Origin: Candidatus Omnitrophota bacterium
Lineage (GTDB): Bacteria; Omnitrophota; Gorgyraeia; Gorgyraeales; Gorgyraeaceae
Length of the DNA stretch: 64,000 bases
NCBI GenBank assembly: GCA_043814965.1
Contig: JBDRJN010000003.1
Span: 136,677-200,676, forward strand
Direction of reading: 5' to 3'
In this document: piece by piece, positions 49,954 through 58,936 of the stretch
How positions within the stretch are numbered: the first letter of the stretch is position 1
Layout: each line of letters opens with the position of its first letter
Translations under genes and position numbers: made by a program
Notes under the pieces: generated by a model
The model's database searches: none
What the model saw: only the letters and a program-made list of their open reading frames with translations
Told to the model about the DNA's origin: nothing

Positions 49954-51083
49954 TTTACACCCCTATATAAAAGATCCGTATCTTTTACCATCCTACTGAT
50001 ACAAAAAGAATCATCCATGGATGCCTTTGCCTTATTTTTCATAGCATCAAGCTGTTCAATATCTTTCAGTAAATAAACTACCCTGCTGGCGATCTCGGAA
50101 GGGTTTCCCTTTTTAGTGATAAATCCTGTCTCTCCGTCTCTTACCAGCTCTCTTACGCCTCCTGTATCAGTTGCAACAACTACGCATCCTTTTACGAGCG
50201 ACTCTATAACTGCCATAGGAAGCCCTTCCCACTTACTTGTCAGGATAGATATATCCATGAGATCTATTATCTCTTTAATATCCCTTCTCCATCCAAGCAT
50301 CTTGAACCTTACATCAAGGCTGGAGTCTTTTAAAAGTTTTTCGCATAGAGGACGCAACCTACCATCCCCTATAAGCAGAAAATTGACTTTATCTATGTTT
50401 TTATAGATATCAAGGGACGCCTTTATATAATCCTGGGGGGATTTTTGAGGCTTCAGGCAAGAGATCATGCCGACTATAGGATCATTATTCAATATCCCGA
50501 GCTCTCTTCTCTTGCTTGATACATCAGTTGTATTATTCTTGAATCTCGCCAGGTCTATTCCGTATTTTATGAGTATAAATTTTTCTTTTGGGGCTATCTT
50601 ATGCTTCAGGCCTAAGTCAATATCACTATTGGATACACAGATTATCTTTTCTGTAAAAAGGCTGCATATCCTCTCCAGCAATATATAAACTTTCTTAATA
50701 AATAAATTCTGGTAGTCATTAAAAGGCCAGCCATGCACTGTATGATATATATGCTGTACGCCTGCTAGCTTAGCTGTAAAGCGTCCCAATATGCCAGCCT
50801 TTGAGCTATGTGTATGAACTATATCATATTTATGGGTTATATATATAAGCCATATATTAATAGAAACCAATATATCAAGTATTGGATTAATATGCCTTAC
50901 TAATAATAGCAGCATAAAGACCTTTACGCCTAAGAGGCGCTCAAAGTCGTCCTTAATAGTGCCTCTTGAAGAAGTAATGATGGATAATTCGTATTTATCC
51001 TTTGGAAGGTTTTTTAATAGGCTAAGTGTCGAAAGCTGGGCTCCGCCAAGCTCTGGTTTTGTTATAATATGGCAGACTTTCAT
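49950..51083 (-). CDS. Glycosyltransferase family 4
   Basis: GGAQ, HTHSSKAG, QK, EGLPMAVIES. Confidence 0.92.
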   Translation of the reverse strand: MKVCHIITKPELGGAQLSTLSLLKNLPKDKYELSIITSSRGTIKDDFERLLGVKVFMLLLLVRHINPILDILVSINIWLIYITHKYDIVHTHSSKAGILGRFTAKLAGVQHIYHTVHGWPFNDYQNLFIKKVYILLERICSLFTEKIICVSNSDIDLGLKHKIAPKEKFILIKYGIDLARFKNNTTDVSSKRRELGILNNDPIVGMISCLKPQKSPQDYIKASLDIYKNIDKVNFLLIGDGRLRPLCEKLLKDSSLDVRFKMLGWRRDIKEIIDLMDISILTSKWEGLPMAVIESLVKGCVVVATDTGGVRELVRDGETGFITKKGNPSEIASRVVYLLKDIEQLDAMKNKAKASMDDSFCISRMVKDTDLLYRGVN

Positions 51084-51149
51084 ATTTGTCCATCAGTATA
51101 ACAAAGAAAAAATATATTGTCAATTTATGTTCGCTCAACCTTAAACTTA

Positions 51150-51662
51150 CTACTTCCTCTCCAAGCTAAAGGTCAGAAGCAGGCCGAATCCTCCGCTTAT
51201 TATATTCAGGAGGACGTCTGTAGCCTGGTAATAACGGTTTGGCAGGAGATATTGGATACCCTCGTCTATCCACCCCACTATCGAGGTAAGCAAAAAAGCT
51301 GCTATGTATAGTAAAACACCTTTTAGGCTGGGCTTAAGCGCTTTTAAAAATAGGTATGATAAAAATCCATATTCTACGAGATGTATCTTTTCTTCCGGAT
51401 ATTCTATATATCTAAGGGAGATCGCGTATAAAATTATCACCAATATAAATAAGGCCTTACTGGAAAGCTGCTTTTCTAATAATCTCTTCCTAAAAACTAT
51501 CACTATACCGATAAATACACTTAAAAGCCCTATTAATATCAAAAACTCGAACTCAGTATTCCTTTTAAGGAAATTGCATATGGGCCTGACGACATAAAGC
51601 GTTGAGTATATTAGGAGTATCCAGGAGATAGAAAATACCCAGTATCTTCTATCAGTCTTCAT
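51150..51662 (-). CDS. VanZ-family membrane protein
   Basis: HLVEYG, DEGIQYLLPNR...DVLLN. Confidence 0.8.
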   Translation of the reverse strand: MKTDRRYWVFSISWILLIYSTLYVVRPICNFLKRNTEFEFLILIGLLSVFIGIVIVFRKRLLEKQLSSKALFILVIILYAISLRYIEYPEEKIHLVEYGFLSYLFLKALKPSLKGVLLYIAAFLLTSIVGWIDEGIQYLLPNRYYQATDVLLNIISGGFGLLLTFSLERK

Positions 51663-52530
51663 TGACTACCTTTACATTCTCGCCATCACTTTCCAATACA
51701 ATAGTGCCCAGGACATCCGTCCTCAAGACAAAACCTATTAATTTATCAAGTTCTTTCTGGTAAGGTTTATGGAATTTATTTTCCCCGGAAGATACTATAA
51801 AGATCTTGTCTACAAAAAATCCTGCGAATTCATCTGTTATAAATCCGCCATGATGGGGCACCTGTACTACGTTAGCTAACTTTATATAAGGAAAACTAGT
51901 TATAAGCACTAACTGCTGTCCTACCTGGATATCAGACGTAAAAAGGAATGAAGTGTCCTTGAATGTAAAATAACTTACTATGCTATTCTCATTAGCTTTA
52001 CCTGAGAGGCCTTTTGGGTTCAATATCTCTAGTTTTATATCCTTTTGATCACTGAAAAGCGTGTCCCCTCTCTTTAATACCTTGGTTGGGATATTTTTTT
52101 CTTTTACTTTCTCCATAACTTCCTTATAGCCCTCTTCAGCACGTGATACATCATCATTGATATAAAAATTATGAACCTTGCATTTTTCGATGAGGCTCTC
52201 TATGCCGCTAAAGTGATTCTCATGGGGATGGGTCAATATAAGGGTATCTATATCTTTTATATGTATATCTTCCAGATATTTGATAAATTCCTGTACATAT
52301 TCGCTGGTACCTGTATCTATAAGGATGATTTTTTTGCTAGGAAGCTCTATTAATATAGAATCTCCATATCCTACATCTATGACATGCACTTTTACTGTTT
52401 CTTTTTGTTTTTTTGTGTAGGAGTAGGTAGGCTTGATAGCTACAGCAAAACAGACAGCAAAAGCTATAGATAGGATCAGAAAAAACTTCAGGGAGATTTT
52501 TCTTTTTGAGGTTATTTTGTCGTGGACCAT
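51652..52530 (-). CDS. ComEC/Rec2-type metallo-beta-lactamase fold protein
   Basis: DVGYGD, THPHENH, NENS, VPHHG, RTD. Confidence 0.85.
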   Translation of the reverse strand: MVHDKITSKRKISLKFFLILSIAFAVCFAVAIKPTYSYTKKQKETVKVHVIDVGYGDSILIELPSKKIILIDTGTSEYVQEFIKYLEDIHIKDIDTLILTHPHENHFSGIESLIEKCKVHNFYINDDVSRAEEGYKEVMEKVKEKNIPTKVLKRGDTLFSDQKDIKLEILNPKGLSGKANENSIVSYFTFKDTSFLFTSDIQVGQQLVLITSFPYIKLANVVQVPHHGGFITDEFAGFFVDKIFIVSSGENKFHKPYQKELDKLIGFVLRTDVLGTIVLESDGENVKVVNED

Positions 52531-53117
52531 TTATTTAAAGACTCACTTAAGCCTTTTAGGTCGGATTGCATGGCATCTATTGAAGATTCTATGTCTGAGC
52601 GGTTCCACGAGTCTTTGGAAAACTCATTCTTTGTATTATCCATGCGTTTTTGTATCTTAAAGGCTATCTCTTTACTGATAGATATGTCTTTATCTACTGC
52701 CTCGACCATAGTGTTTATTGTATCAGCGAGATCCCATAGTTCGTCACCAGTCCTCAGCTTGATCCTTTTTGCCAGATTACCCTTTCTGATCTCATCTATA
52801 GTGCGCTCTATCCTCAATACAGGGCCTGCTATCTTATGTGAAAACAGCACTGCAAGAAGGAATACTATGGGTAATATAAATAAAAGATTTTTAAGCAGCG
52901 CCAAATTTATACCTCTAAGGACGTACAAGAGCCTCCCTTGAGGATAGACAGCAGCGAGTTTTTGAGTAAAAAGCGACCAACCTGTGACAAAAACAGTAAA
53001 CCCTGAAACAGAAAACGCAAACAACACCAAGGCAAGCACGACTCCTACATACCTAAATTGCAACCCTGTCTTGACTATATATTCTCTTCTTCTTTTAATA
53101 AAGATCGGGCCTGTCAT
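52512..53117 (-). CDS. Membrane protein with HAMP domain
   Basis: Two TMs, SHKIAGP...LRTGDEL. Confidence 0.75.
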   Translation of the reverse strand: MTGPIFIKRRREYIVKTGLQFRYVGVVLALVLFAFSVSGFTVFVTGWSLFTQKLAAVYPQGRLLYVLRGINLALLKNLLFILPIVFLLAVLFSHKIAGPVLRIERTIDEIRKGNLAKRIKLRTGDELWDLADTINTMVEAVDKDISISKEIAFKIQKRMDNTKNEFSKDSWNRSDIESSIDAMQSDLKGLSESLNKWSTTK

Positions 53118-54079
53118 AAGTCACCTTCTCTCCTCAAGGTTATATTCCTCCTGACCGTAAAATCAATTGTATTGTTTTCTATCGACTTTTTATCGATAAG
53201 ATCTATGGCATCATCCAGCGGAAGATACCTTGTGTTATACCCTCCTATTGCGATTATCAGGTCTCCTTTTTTTAGACCAGAGGATTCTGAGATACCGCCC
53301 TCCTCAATATCTTTTATCTGAAGCCCATCGTACTCAAATCCGAGATCAATGCCAAGATTTTGATATATATTTGGCTCTTTTGATCTTATAGGTACAGTGA
53401 CTTCTCTTTCTATATCTATCTTCACCTCTGAATACTTAGGGCCTTTCAGCTCTTCTACTATATAATCCAGCTCGGCAAAACTCACCATCTTGCCCCATAC
53501 AGCAACAAGTACATCGTTTGCTTTTAGCCTTGCGCGAGAAGAAGATGAATAAGGCTTGATCTCATCTATAATAAATATGCCTTTTTTCTCGACTAACCTA
53601 AAACCTAAGATATCCCATAATAAAGAGATCTTATCTTTCTCGGTAGAGGGCGTTATCTTTTCTCTTTTGTGCCAGTTGACTACCATATCCCTGCGCGCGA
53701 TCTCTTTTCTGACCAGTTTATCTTTTTCGCGGAGCAGCTTATCATGCGTTGCTATATAAGCCATACGAGCGTCCTTGTATTCTGGGTTTATCTTCATAGC
53801 CTCTCTATAATAAAACGCGGCATTTTCATACATGCCCCTCTCATCATAGAGCCTCCCCAGCTGTAAATAACTATGTTCTTTAGCATCATACTGGATATCT
53901 TTTATGTCGTTTCTAAGTATCTTTTTTTCACCATCTACTGTACTAAACACGACCCTATCCTTATATTCTTCCACCACAAGCCCCTTGATAGAAGTATTAT
54001 CTTTTAAGGTAATAGTATCTGCGTAGCTAAATGAAACCATCATAGCCATAGTGATCATAACAAGGCTTATTTTCCACAT
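53114..54079 (-). CDS. Exported protein with TPR and PDZ-like domains
   Basis: Signal peptide, TPR-like segment, two LKxxDxxxA PDZ-like segments. Confidence 0.7.
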   Translation of the reverse strand: MWKISLVMITMAMMVSFSYADTITLKDNTSIKGLVVEEYKDRVVFSTVDGEKKILRNDIKDIQYDAKEHSYLQLGRLYDERGMYENAAFYYREAMKINPEYKDARMAYIATHDKLLREKDKLVRKEIARRDMVVNWHKREKITPSTEKDKISLLWDILGFRLVEKKGIFIIDEIKPYSSSSRARLKANDVLVAVWGKMVSFAELDYIVEELKGPKYSEVKIDIEREVTVPIRSKEPNIYQNLGIDLGFEYDGLQIKDIEEGGISESSGLKKGDLIIAIGGYNTRYLPLDDAIDLIDKKSIENNTIDFTVRRNITLRREGDL

Positions 54080-54204
54080 ATCTCAAAATATATCATATAG
54101 TTGGATAAATTACAAGGCGCATCTAACCAGGTTATCAGAATGATTTTCAAAAATCTTTGTTAGAGTAACCTGGTCAAATAACTTTTTTGGGGGGATGAAA
54201 ATAT

Positions 54205-54654
54205 GGCGTAGGCCTATAAGCCGGGTTCTGTTCCGCCCAAGGCGGATGATAGCTATCTATCTAGCCTTGGCATTGCTGCCAAGATCTTGCAACCTACCCG
54301 TCTCGCTATTACGAACGGGCCGTTCTTCTTAGCGAGACCTATTTGGTTTTGCTCCGCATAGAGATTGCCGCGTTTCACCCTAAAGAAACAGTGACGCATG
54401 CTTAAGCATTATACGTCACTAAAGAGCTTCTTTAGACTCGTCTCTGTGGCTCTCCCGAATATCAGACTTACTAGAAGCATGACGCTCGGGATCCCGAGGC
54501 ACCATTGCTTGATTTTATGTGCCGAGGGATGATCCGTCCCGAGCCAGCCATAGATATTGGCTGACGAGGGAGACGGGTATTACCCGCTATACTGCCCTGT
54601 GGAGCCCGGACTTTCCTCCCATCTATAAAGACAGGCAGCTATCCAGCCTACGCC
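54205..54654 (-). ncRNA. rnpB: RNase P RNA
   Basis: GAGGAAAGTCCGGGCTCC, GCCACAGA, GGTGAAAC, GAGCAA, ACAGAACCCGGCTTA; complementary ends ggcgtaggc/gcctacgcc. Confidence 0.95.
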
Positions 54655-54656
54655 AA

Positions 54657-55091
54657 TTATTCAGTTTTTAAAGAATTGTCGAATCTTGCATCTATAGCAT
54701 TGTTTGCGAGTTTGTCTGCTATAGTATTGTCTTCTCTGGGTATTGTGACTATATCTATCTTTTGAAAACCCCTTTTTAGATGCTGGTACATATCAAAATA
54801 CATCCTTAGGTTTTCATTTTTTACCTTGTATTCACCTCTTAGCTGCTTTGTAAGAAGTTCACTGTCAGATCTTACAGTCACTTCTTCATATCTATCAATG
54901 ACCGCTTCCTGCAAGGCATATATAAGGGCACTATACTCGGCTATATTGTTTGTAGTATCTCCTATGAACTTATATATCTTTTTCAGGACTTTCTTGTCTT
55001 TGCCAACAAAAGCTATGCCTATCCCCGAAGGGCCGGGATTCCCCCTAGAAGCGCCATCTATGAATAGCTCAATCGATCTCGACATCGTCAT
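54657..55091 (-). CDS. rnhA: Ribonuclease HI family protein
   Basis: DGASRGNPG, TNNIAEY, SDSEL, N..AD.LAN. Confidence 0.9.
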   Translation of the reverse strand: MTMSRSIELFIDGASRGNPGPSGIGIAFVGKDKKVLKKIYKFIGDTTNNIAEYSALIYALQEAVIDRYEEVTVRSDSELLTKQLRGEYKVKNENLRMYFDMYQHLKRGFQKIDIVTIPREDNTIADKLANNAIDARFDNSLKTE

Positions 55092-55806
55092 CTATATATA
55101 GTATCCTTGAGCAGCTTCCGCAGCTCACAATGTTCTCTTTTATTTTTGCTTCACTTACAACCTGTGGAGGAAGGTTCATATGACACCCCCCGCATGAGCC
55201 GTTTTCAACACACACTATAGCAAGGCCTCCTCTATTATCAAGGACCTTCTCGTAATGCTTTAATATAACACTCTCTACGTTCGGTGCTATGACTTCTCTC
55301 CTGGATAGAAGCTCCTTTAATTTGGCGTCTATCTCTTTATCCCTTTTAAAGACCTCTTCCTTCTTTACCTTAAAATCTTCTTCTTCTTTCTTAAATAACT
55401 CTTTCTCTTCGAGGACGTTTTTCTTGGAAGCATCTATAGCATCCATTGTCTTTAATATATCTTCTTCTATCAATGAATTGTCCGCCTTGATACCTTCTAT
55501 CTCTCTAAGCATCGCGGAATATTCTTTATTTGTCTTTATCTGTGAGAGCTGGGAGTCCAGTTTCTTGATCTGTCCTTCTTTTTGTTGAAGCGTGATCTCT
55601 TTTTCTTTTAACTTTATCTGTAAAGACCTTAGATCGTCGTCTGCTTTTTTTATGCCTTCTTTTTTTGATTCCAGGCTGGTTTCTATATCTTTTATAAATT
55701 TTGGGGTCTTTTCTTTCTCGCTCTTTAATTCATAGATCTCCAAGTCCAAGACTTGCAATTCCTTAAGAAGCAGTATCTGTTCTTTTGTCGATTTTTTTTT
55801 AGTCAA
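55069..55806 (-). CDS. Coiled-coil protein with C4 zinc ribbon (DUF164-like)
   Basis: CGGCHM...CGSCSRILY; adjacent to rnhA. Confidence 0.88.
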   Translation of the reverse strand: MTKKKSTKEQILLLKELQVLDLEIYELKSEKEKTPKFIKDIETSLESKKEGIKKADDDLRSLQIKLKEKEITLQQKEGQIKKLDSQLSQIKTNKEYSAMLREIEGIKADNSLIEEDILKTMDAIDASKKNVLEEKELFKKEEEDFKVKKEEVFKRDKEIDAKLKELLSRREVIAPNVESVILKHYEKVLDNRGGLAIVCVENGSCGGCHMNLPPQVVSEAKIKENIVSCGSCSRILYIDDDVEID

Positions 55807-55841
55807 AACTTTCTATCCCTTCTTTGGTTGTTACCTCTGAA

Positions 55842-56030
55842 TCTTTATGCCCCTCGCGACATACTTTCAAACAATAGTCTCTCGGGACGAATTTGCCTGT
55901 AATCACATTTCCAGCAAATTCGATGGGCTAGTCACTGATTATTTCTTTATGCCCCTCGCGACATACTTTCAAACAATAGTCTCTCGGGACGAATTTGCCT
56001 GTAATCACATTTCCAGCAAATTCGGTGGGC
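55842..56030 (-). repeat. tRNA-linked direct repeat, copies 1 (partial, 87 bp) and 2 (102 bp)
   Basis: 55842..55928 and 55929..56030 nearly identical; unit includes the tRNA 3' end. Confidence 0.92.
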
Positions 56031-56099
56031 AATACTGGACTCGAACCAGTGACCTCTGCCATGTGAGGGCAGCACTCTAACCAGCTGAGCTAATTGCCC
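56026..56099 (-). tRNA. tRNA-Val(CAC)
   Basis: GGGCAAT acceptor stem, CTGCC-CTCACAT-GGCAG anticodon arm, GGTTCGAGTCC; followed by CCG, not CCA. Confidence 0.95.
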
Positions 56100-56132
56100 C
56101 AGAATACTTCCCCCGATCAATGTAAAGAACCT

Positions 56133-56348
56133 TTAATTTTTTCCAAATTTTATAAGACCGTCCTTTTCTTTTTTACTTAGGCTTTTTATCTCGCACTCTC
56201 TCTTAAGCGCCTGGCTTTTGGAGCTAAGATCTTCTGCATATATCAATCTTAGAGGCCTTCTAGATCTTGTATATTTTGAAGCTTTTCCCTCATTATGCCG
56301 CAACAGCCTTTTATTAACATCTGTCGATATACCTGTATATAAGGACTT
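56133..56348 (-). pseudogene. 5'-truncated GIY-YIG nuclease (UPF0213/YhbQ-like)
   Basis: KSLYTGISTDVNKRLLRHNEGKASKYTRSRRP...ALKRECEIKSL; in-frame stops upstream and no start codon. Confidence 0.8.
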
Positions 56349-56429
56349 GCGAGCTCGTCGCAGACGAGCGAGTCCCGAGGCATCCCAGCCCTAGCACTAT
56401 TTGCCGAGGGAAACCTTTACAGTAACCCA

Positions 56430-56531
56430 TAGTCACTGATTATTTCTTTATGCCCCTCGCGACATACTTTCAAACAATAGTCTCTCGGGACGAATTTGCC
56501 TGTAATCACATTTCCAGCAAATTCGGTGGGC
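56430..56531 (-). repeat. tRNA-linked direct repeat, copy 3 (102 bp)
   Basis: Matches 55929..56030. Confidence 0.92.
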
Positions 56532-56600
56532 CTGCAAGGACTTGAACCTTGGACCCTCTGATTATGAGTCAGATGCTCTAACCAACTGAGCTATGGGCCC
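56527..56600 (-). tRNA. tRNA with CAT anticodon, probably Ile2
   Basis: GGGCCCATAGCTCAGTTGGTTAGAGC, TCTGA-CTCATAA-TCAGA, GGTTCAAGTCC; Ile2 versus Met assignment is inference; two acceptor-stem mismatches. Confidence 0.85.
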
Positions 56601-56616
56601 TCTCTACAGAAAAATA

Positions 56617-56645
56617 ATTATACCATCTTGCCCATACCATGACAA
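56617..56645 (-). promoter_or_regulatory. Sigma70 promoter of tRNA genes
   Basis: Minus strand TTGTCA-17 nt-TATAAT, 16 nt upstream of the tRNA. Confidence 0.7.
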
Positions 56646-56687
56646 GAAGAAACTTTCTAAAAAAACGGTCACTGTCCCTATTTTAAT

Positions 56688-57278
56688 TTATGATATGATC
56701 GCTATAGTTATCATATCCAGGCTCTTGTCGTATATTACTTTTATTGACCTTCCTCCAAAATGCAAACTATCTTCCTTCTTCATGCCAGCTCCCAATCCAT
56801 CGAATTCATCTATTAGTTCTTGTGTTTTTTCGAACCAGTCGCCATAAGCTGGCGCGCAATTTCTTAAAAATCTTGTCATTATTGCTGTGTTCAGGTCTTT
56901 ATCTGATTCGTTTATATTGGAGGGGTATAAAAACGTAATGGAAACTTCTTGCATGTCATCCTTGCGCCCGACAGCCTCAAACACTACAAGACTATTCCCT
57001 GATCTACCAGAAAATCTAGGGATACCTGCCACATTTCCGCTAGCCTTGACATCTATAAATTCATCTATTAAATGAATTGCATCATCCAAGCTTATACCAA
57101 GCCCCTTTTTCGGTTTTGGGGCCTCCTTCTCAGGTTCCTTGGCCTTAACAGGCTCTTCTTCTTTCTTGACTATTATGCTTTGTGTCTTTTTATCCTCTAT
57201 AACAAGTTCTGATGTCTGGACACATCCTGATATAAAAGACGCAGCAACTAAAAAAATTATTATCGATCTCACTTTCAT
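56688..57278 (-). CDS. Hypothetical lipoprotein
   Basis: Signal peptide with lipobox ISGC; GGAGG RBS. Confidence 0.7.
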   Translation of the reverse strand: MKVRSIIIFLVAASFISGCVQTSELVIEDKKTQSIIVKKEEEPVKAKEPEKEAPKPKKGLGISLDDAIHLIDEFIDVKASGNVAGIPRFSGRSGNSLVVFEAVGRKDDMQEVSITFLYPSNINESDKDLNTAIMTRFLRNCAPAYGDWFEKTQELIDEFDGLGAGMKKEDSLHFGGRSIKVIYDKSLDMITIAIIS

Positions 57279-57298
57279 GATAATCTCCTCCTATATAA

Positions 57299-57330
57299 AA
57301 AAAGGGGCTAGATATAAATCCAGCCCCTTT
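57299..57330 (-). terminator. Probable intrinsic terminator after rpoD
   Basis: aaaaggggct...agccccttt hairpin with T-run on minus strand. Confidence 0.6.
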
Positions 57331-57352
57331 GCCCTCGCCTTTGTCTTTATCT

Positions 57353-58933
57353 TTATATAACATCCTGACTAAATGCCATCTCAAGAAAACTTTTTAAACG
57401 CCTGCTTCTGATAGGGTGTCTTAATTTCCTTAATGCCTTTGCTTCTATCTGCCTTACTCTTTCTCTAGTCACATTAAAGATACTCCCCACTTCTTCGAGT
57501 GTCCTTGGATAACCATCACCTATTCCGAACCTTAACCTTAATACCCTCTTTTCTCTTTCTGTAAGAGTATCAAGCGTCTTATCCATCTCTTCCTTAAGCA
57601 TAGTATAAGCAGTTGCATTAGCCGGTGAAACTGCTTTCTTATCTTCTATAAAATCACCGAAGCTAGTATCACCTTCATCTCCTATAGGTGTCTGTAGAGA
57701 TATAGGCTCCTGAGCGATCTTTAAGATACTTCTTACTTTTTCAACGCTCATTCTTATCTCAGATGCTATCTCTTCAGCAGCAGGTTCTCTCCCGTTTTCC
57801 TGGACAAGTATCCTGGAGACCCTTATCAACTTGTTTATAGTCTCTGTCATGTGTACAGGTATCCTGATGGTCCTAGCCTGGTCAGCTATAGAACGTGTCA
57901 CAGCCTGCCTTATCCACCATGTAGCATACGTAGAGAACTTATAACCACGTCTATATTCAAACTTCTCTACTGCCTTCATCAGGCCGATATTGCCTTCCTG
58001 TATAAGATCCAGGAATGAAAGCCCTCTATTAGTGTATTTCTTAGCAATACTTACTACGAGCCTTAAGTTCGCCTCGACCATAGCCTTTTTCACTCTGTTG
58101 AATTTCAGGGCTTGTCTTCTGATCAGAGAAAAATCCCTCTTTGCATCTTCATGTTTCTTGCCGAACTTTGATTCTATCTCTTTCTTCCTCTTTTCAAAGC
58201 TGTTTATACCTCCCCTGATCCTACGTTTTCTCATCCTGAGTATTTCTCTGTCAATAGAATCCATCTCAGCGATCGCAGATCCTATGTCCTTGGAGAAATT
58301 CTCTATCGCAGATGTGCAGAGGTTGAAGTTTAGACAGATATTCAGTATAGACCTGCCTTTTTTGGAAGCCCTTATCTTTCTTACTAGCTTCTCTATCCTC
58401 TTGAACGTATCTTCCTCTTTCTTTATGTCAGTAGGCTCTTCCTTCATAACCTCTTCCATATTGATACGTCTATCTAATATGTCATTTGTAAGGGCTAATA
58501 TAGAATCCTTTATGTGAGGAGAAGAAAGCACAATGTTCTTATAGTCTTCCTCTGCTTTCTCTATCTCCTTCGCGAGCCTTATCTCCTCTTCCCTTGTAAG
58601 TAGAGGGATCTGGCCCATCTGCCTGAGATACATCTTGACAGGGTCTTCTATGCTCACAATTTCACTACGCTTCTCAGAACTTGGTTTGACTTTTTCAACC
58701 CCTGAGGTCTTTTTCTTCTCTTTATATTCTTCTTCTGAGTCAACTATGGATATCTTTTCATTGTCGAGAATAGTAAACACCTTCTCTATATCAGGTTCTG
58801 ATATCACGTTCTCTGGAAGATGATTATTTATCTCTTCGTAAGTCAAGAAGCCTTTTTTATTGCCCAGCGCTATGAGTTTGTCAAAATACTTTTCCGAAGA
58901 AGTATTTCTTTCCTTCTTTGCTATCTTTTTCAT
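57353..58933 (-). CDS. rpoD: RNA polymerase primary sigma factor
   Basis: Region 1.1, [37 protein letters not shown]; follows dnaG. Confidence 0.98.
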   Translation of the reverse strand: MKKIAKKERNTSSEKYFDKLIALGNKKGFLTYEEINNHLPENVISEPDIEKVFTILDNEKISIVDSEEEYKEKKKTSGVEKVKPSSEKRSEIVSIEDPVKMYLRQMGQIPLLTREEEIRLAKEIEKAEEDYKNIVLSSPHIKDSILALTNDILDRRINMEEVMKEEPTDIKKEEDTFKRIEKLVRKIRASKKGRSILNICLNFNLCTSAIENFSKDIGSAIAEMDSIDREILRMRKRRIRGGINSFEKRKKEIESKFGKKHEDAKRDFSLIRRQALKFNRVKKAMVEANLRLVVSIAKKYTNRGLSFLDLIQEGNIGLMKAVEKFEYRRGYKFSTYATWWIRQAVTRSIADQARTIRIPVHMTETINKLIRVSRILVQENGREPAAEEIASEIRMSVEKVRSILKIAQEPISLQTPIGDEGDTSFGDFIEDKKAVSPANATAYTMLKEEMDKTLDTLTEREKRVLRLRFGIGDGYPRTLEEVGSIFNVTRERVRQIEAKALRKLRHPIRSRRLKSFLEMAFSQDVI

Positions 58934-58936
58934 TCT

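Noticed and set aside
55847-56080. 77-aa ORF with internal duplication
   Set aside because: It is the antisense translation of the DNA repeats and tRNA-Val.
55842-56531. CRISPR array
   Set aside because: Units are ~100 bp, two are directly tandem with no unique spacer, they carry tRNA ends, and no cas genes are present.
55800-56700. Integrated prophage or ICE at the tRNAs
   Set aside because: No integrase, phage or conjugation genes nearby; flanks are core genes.
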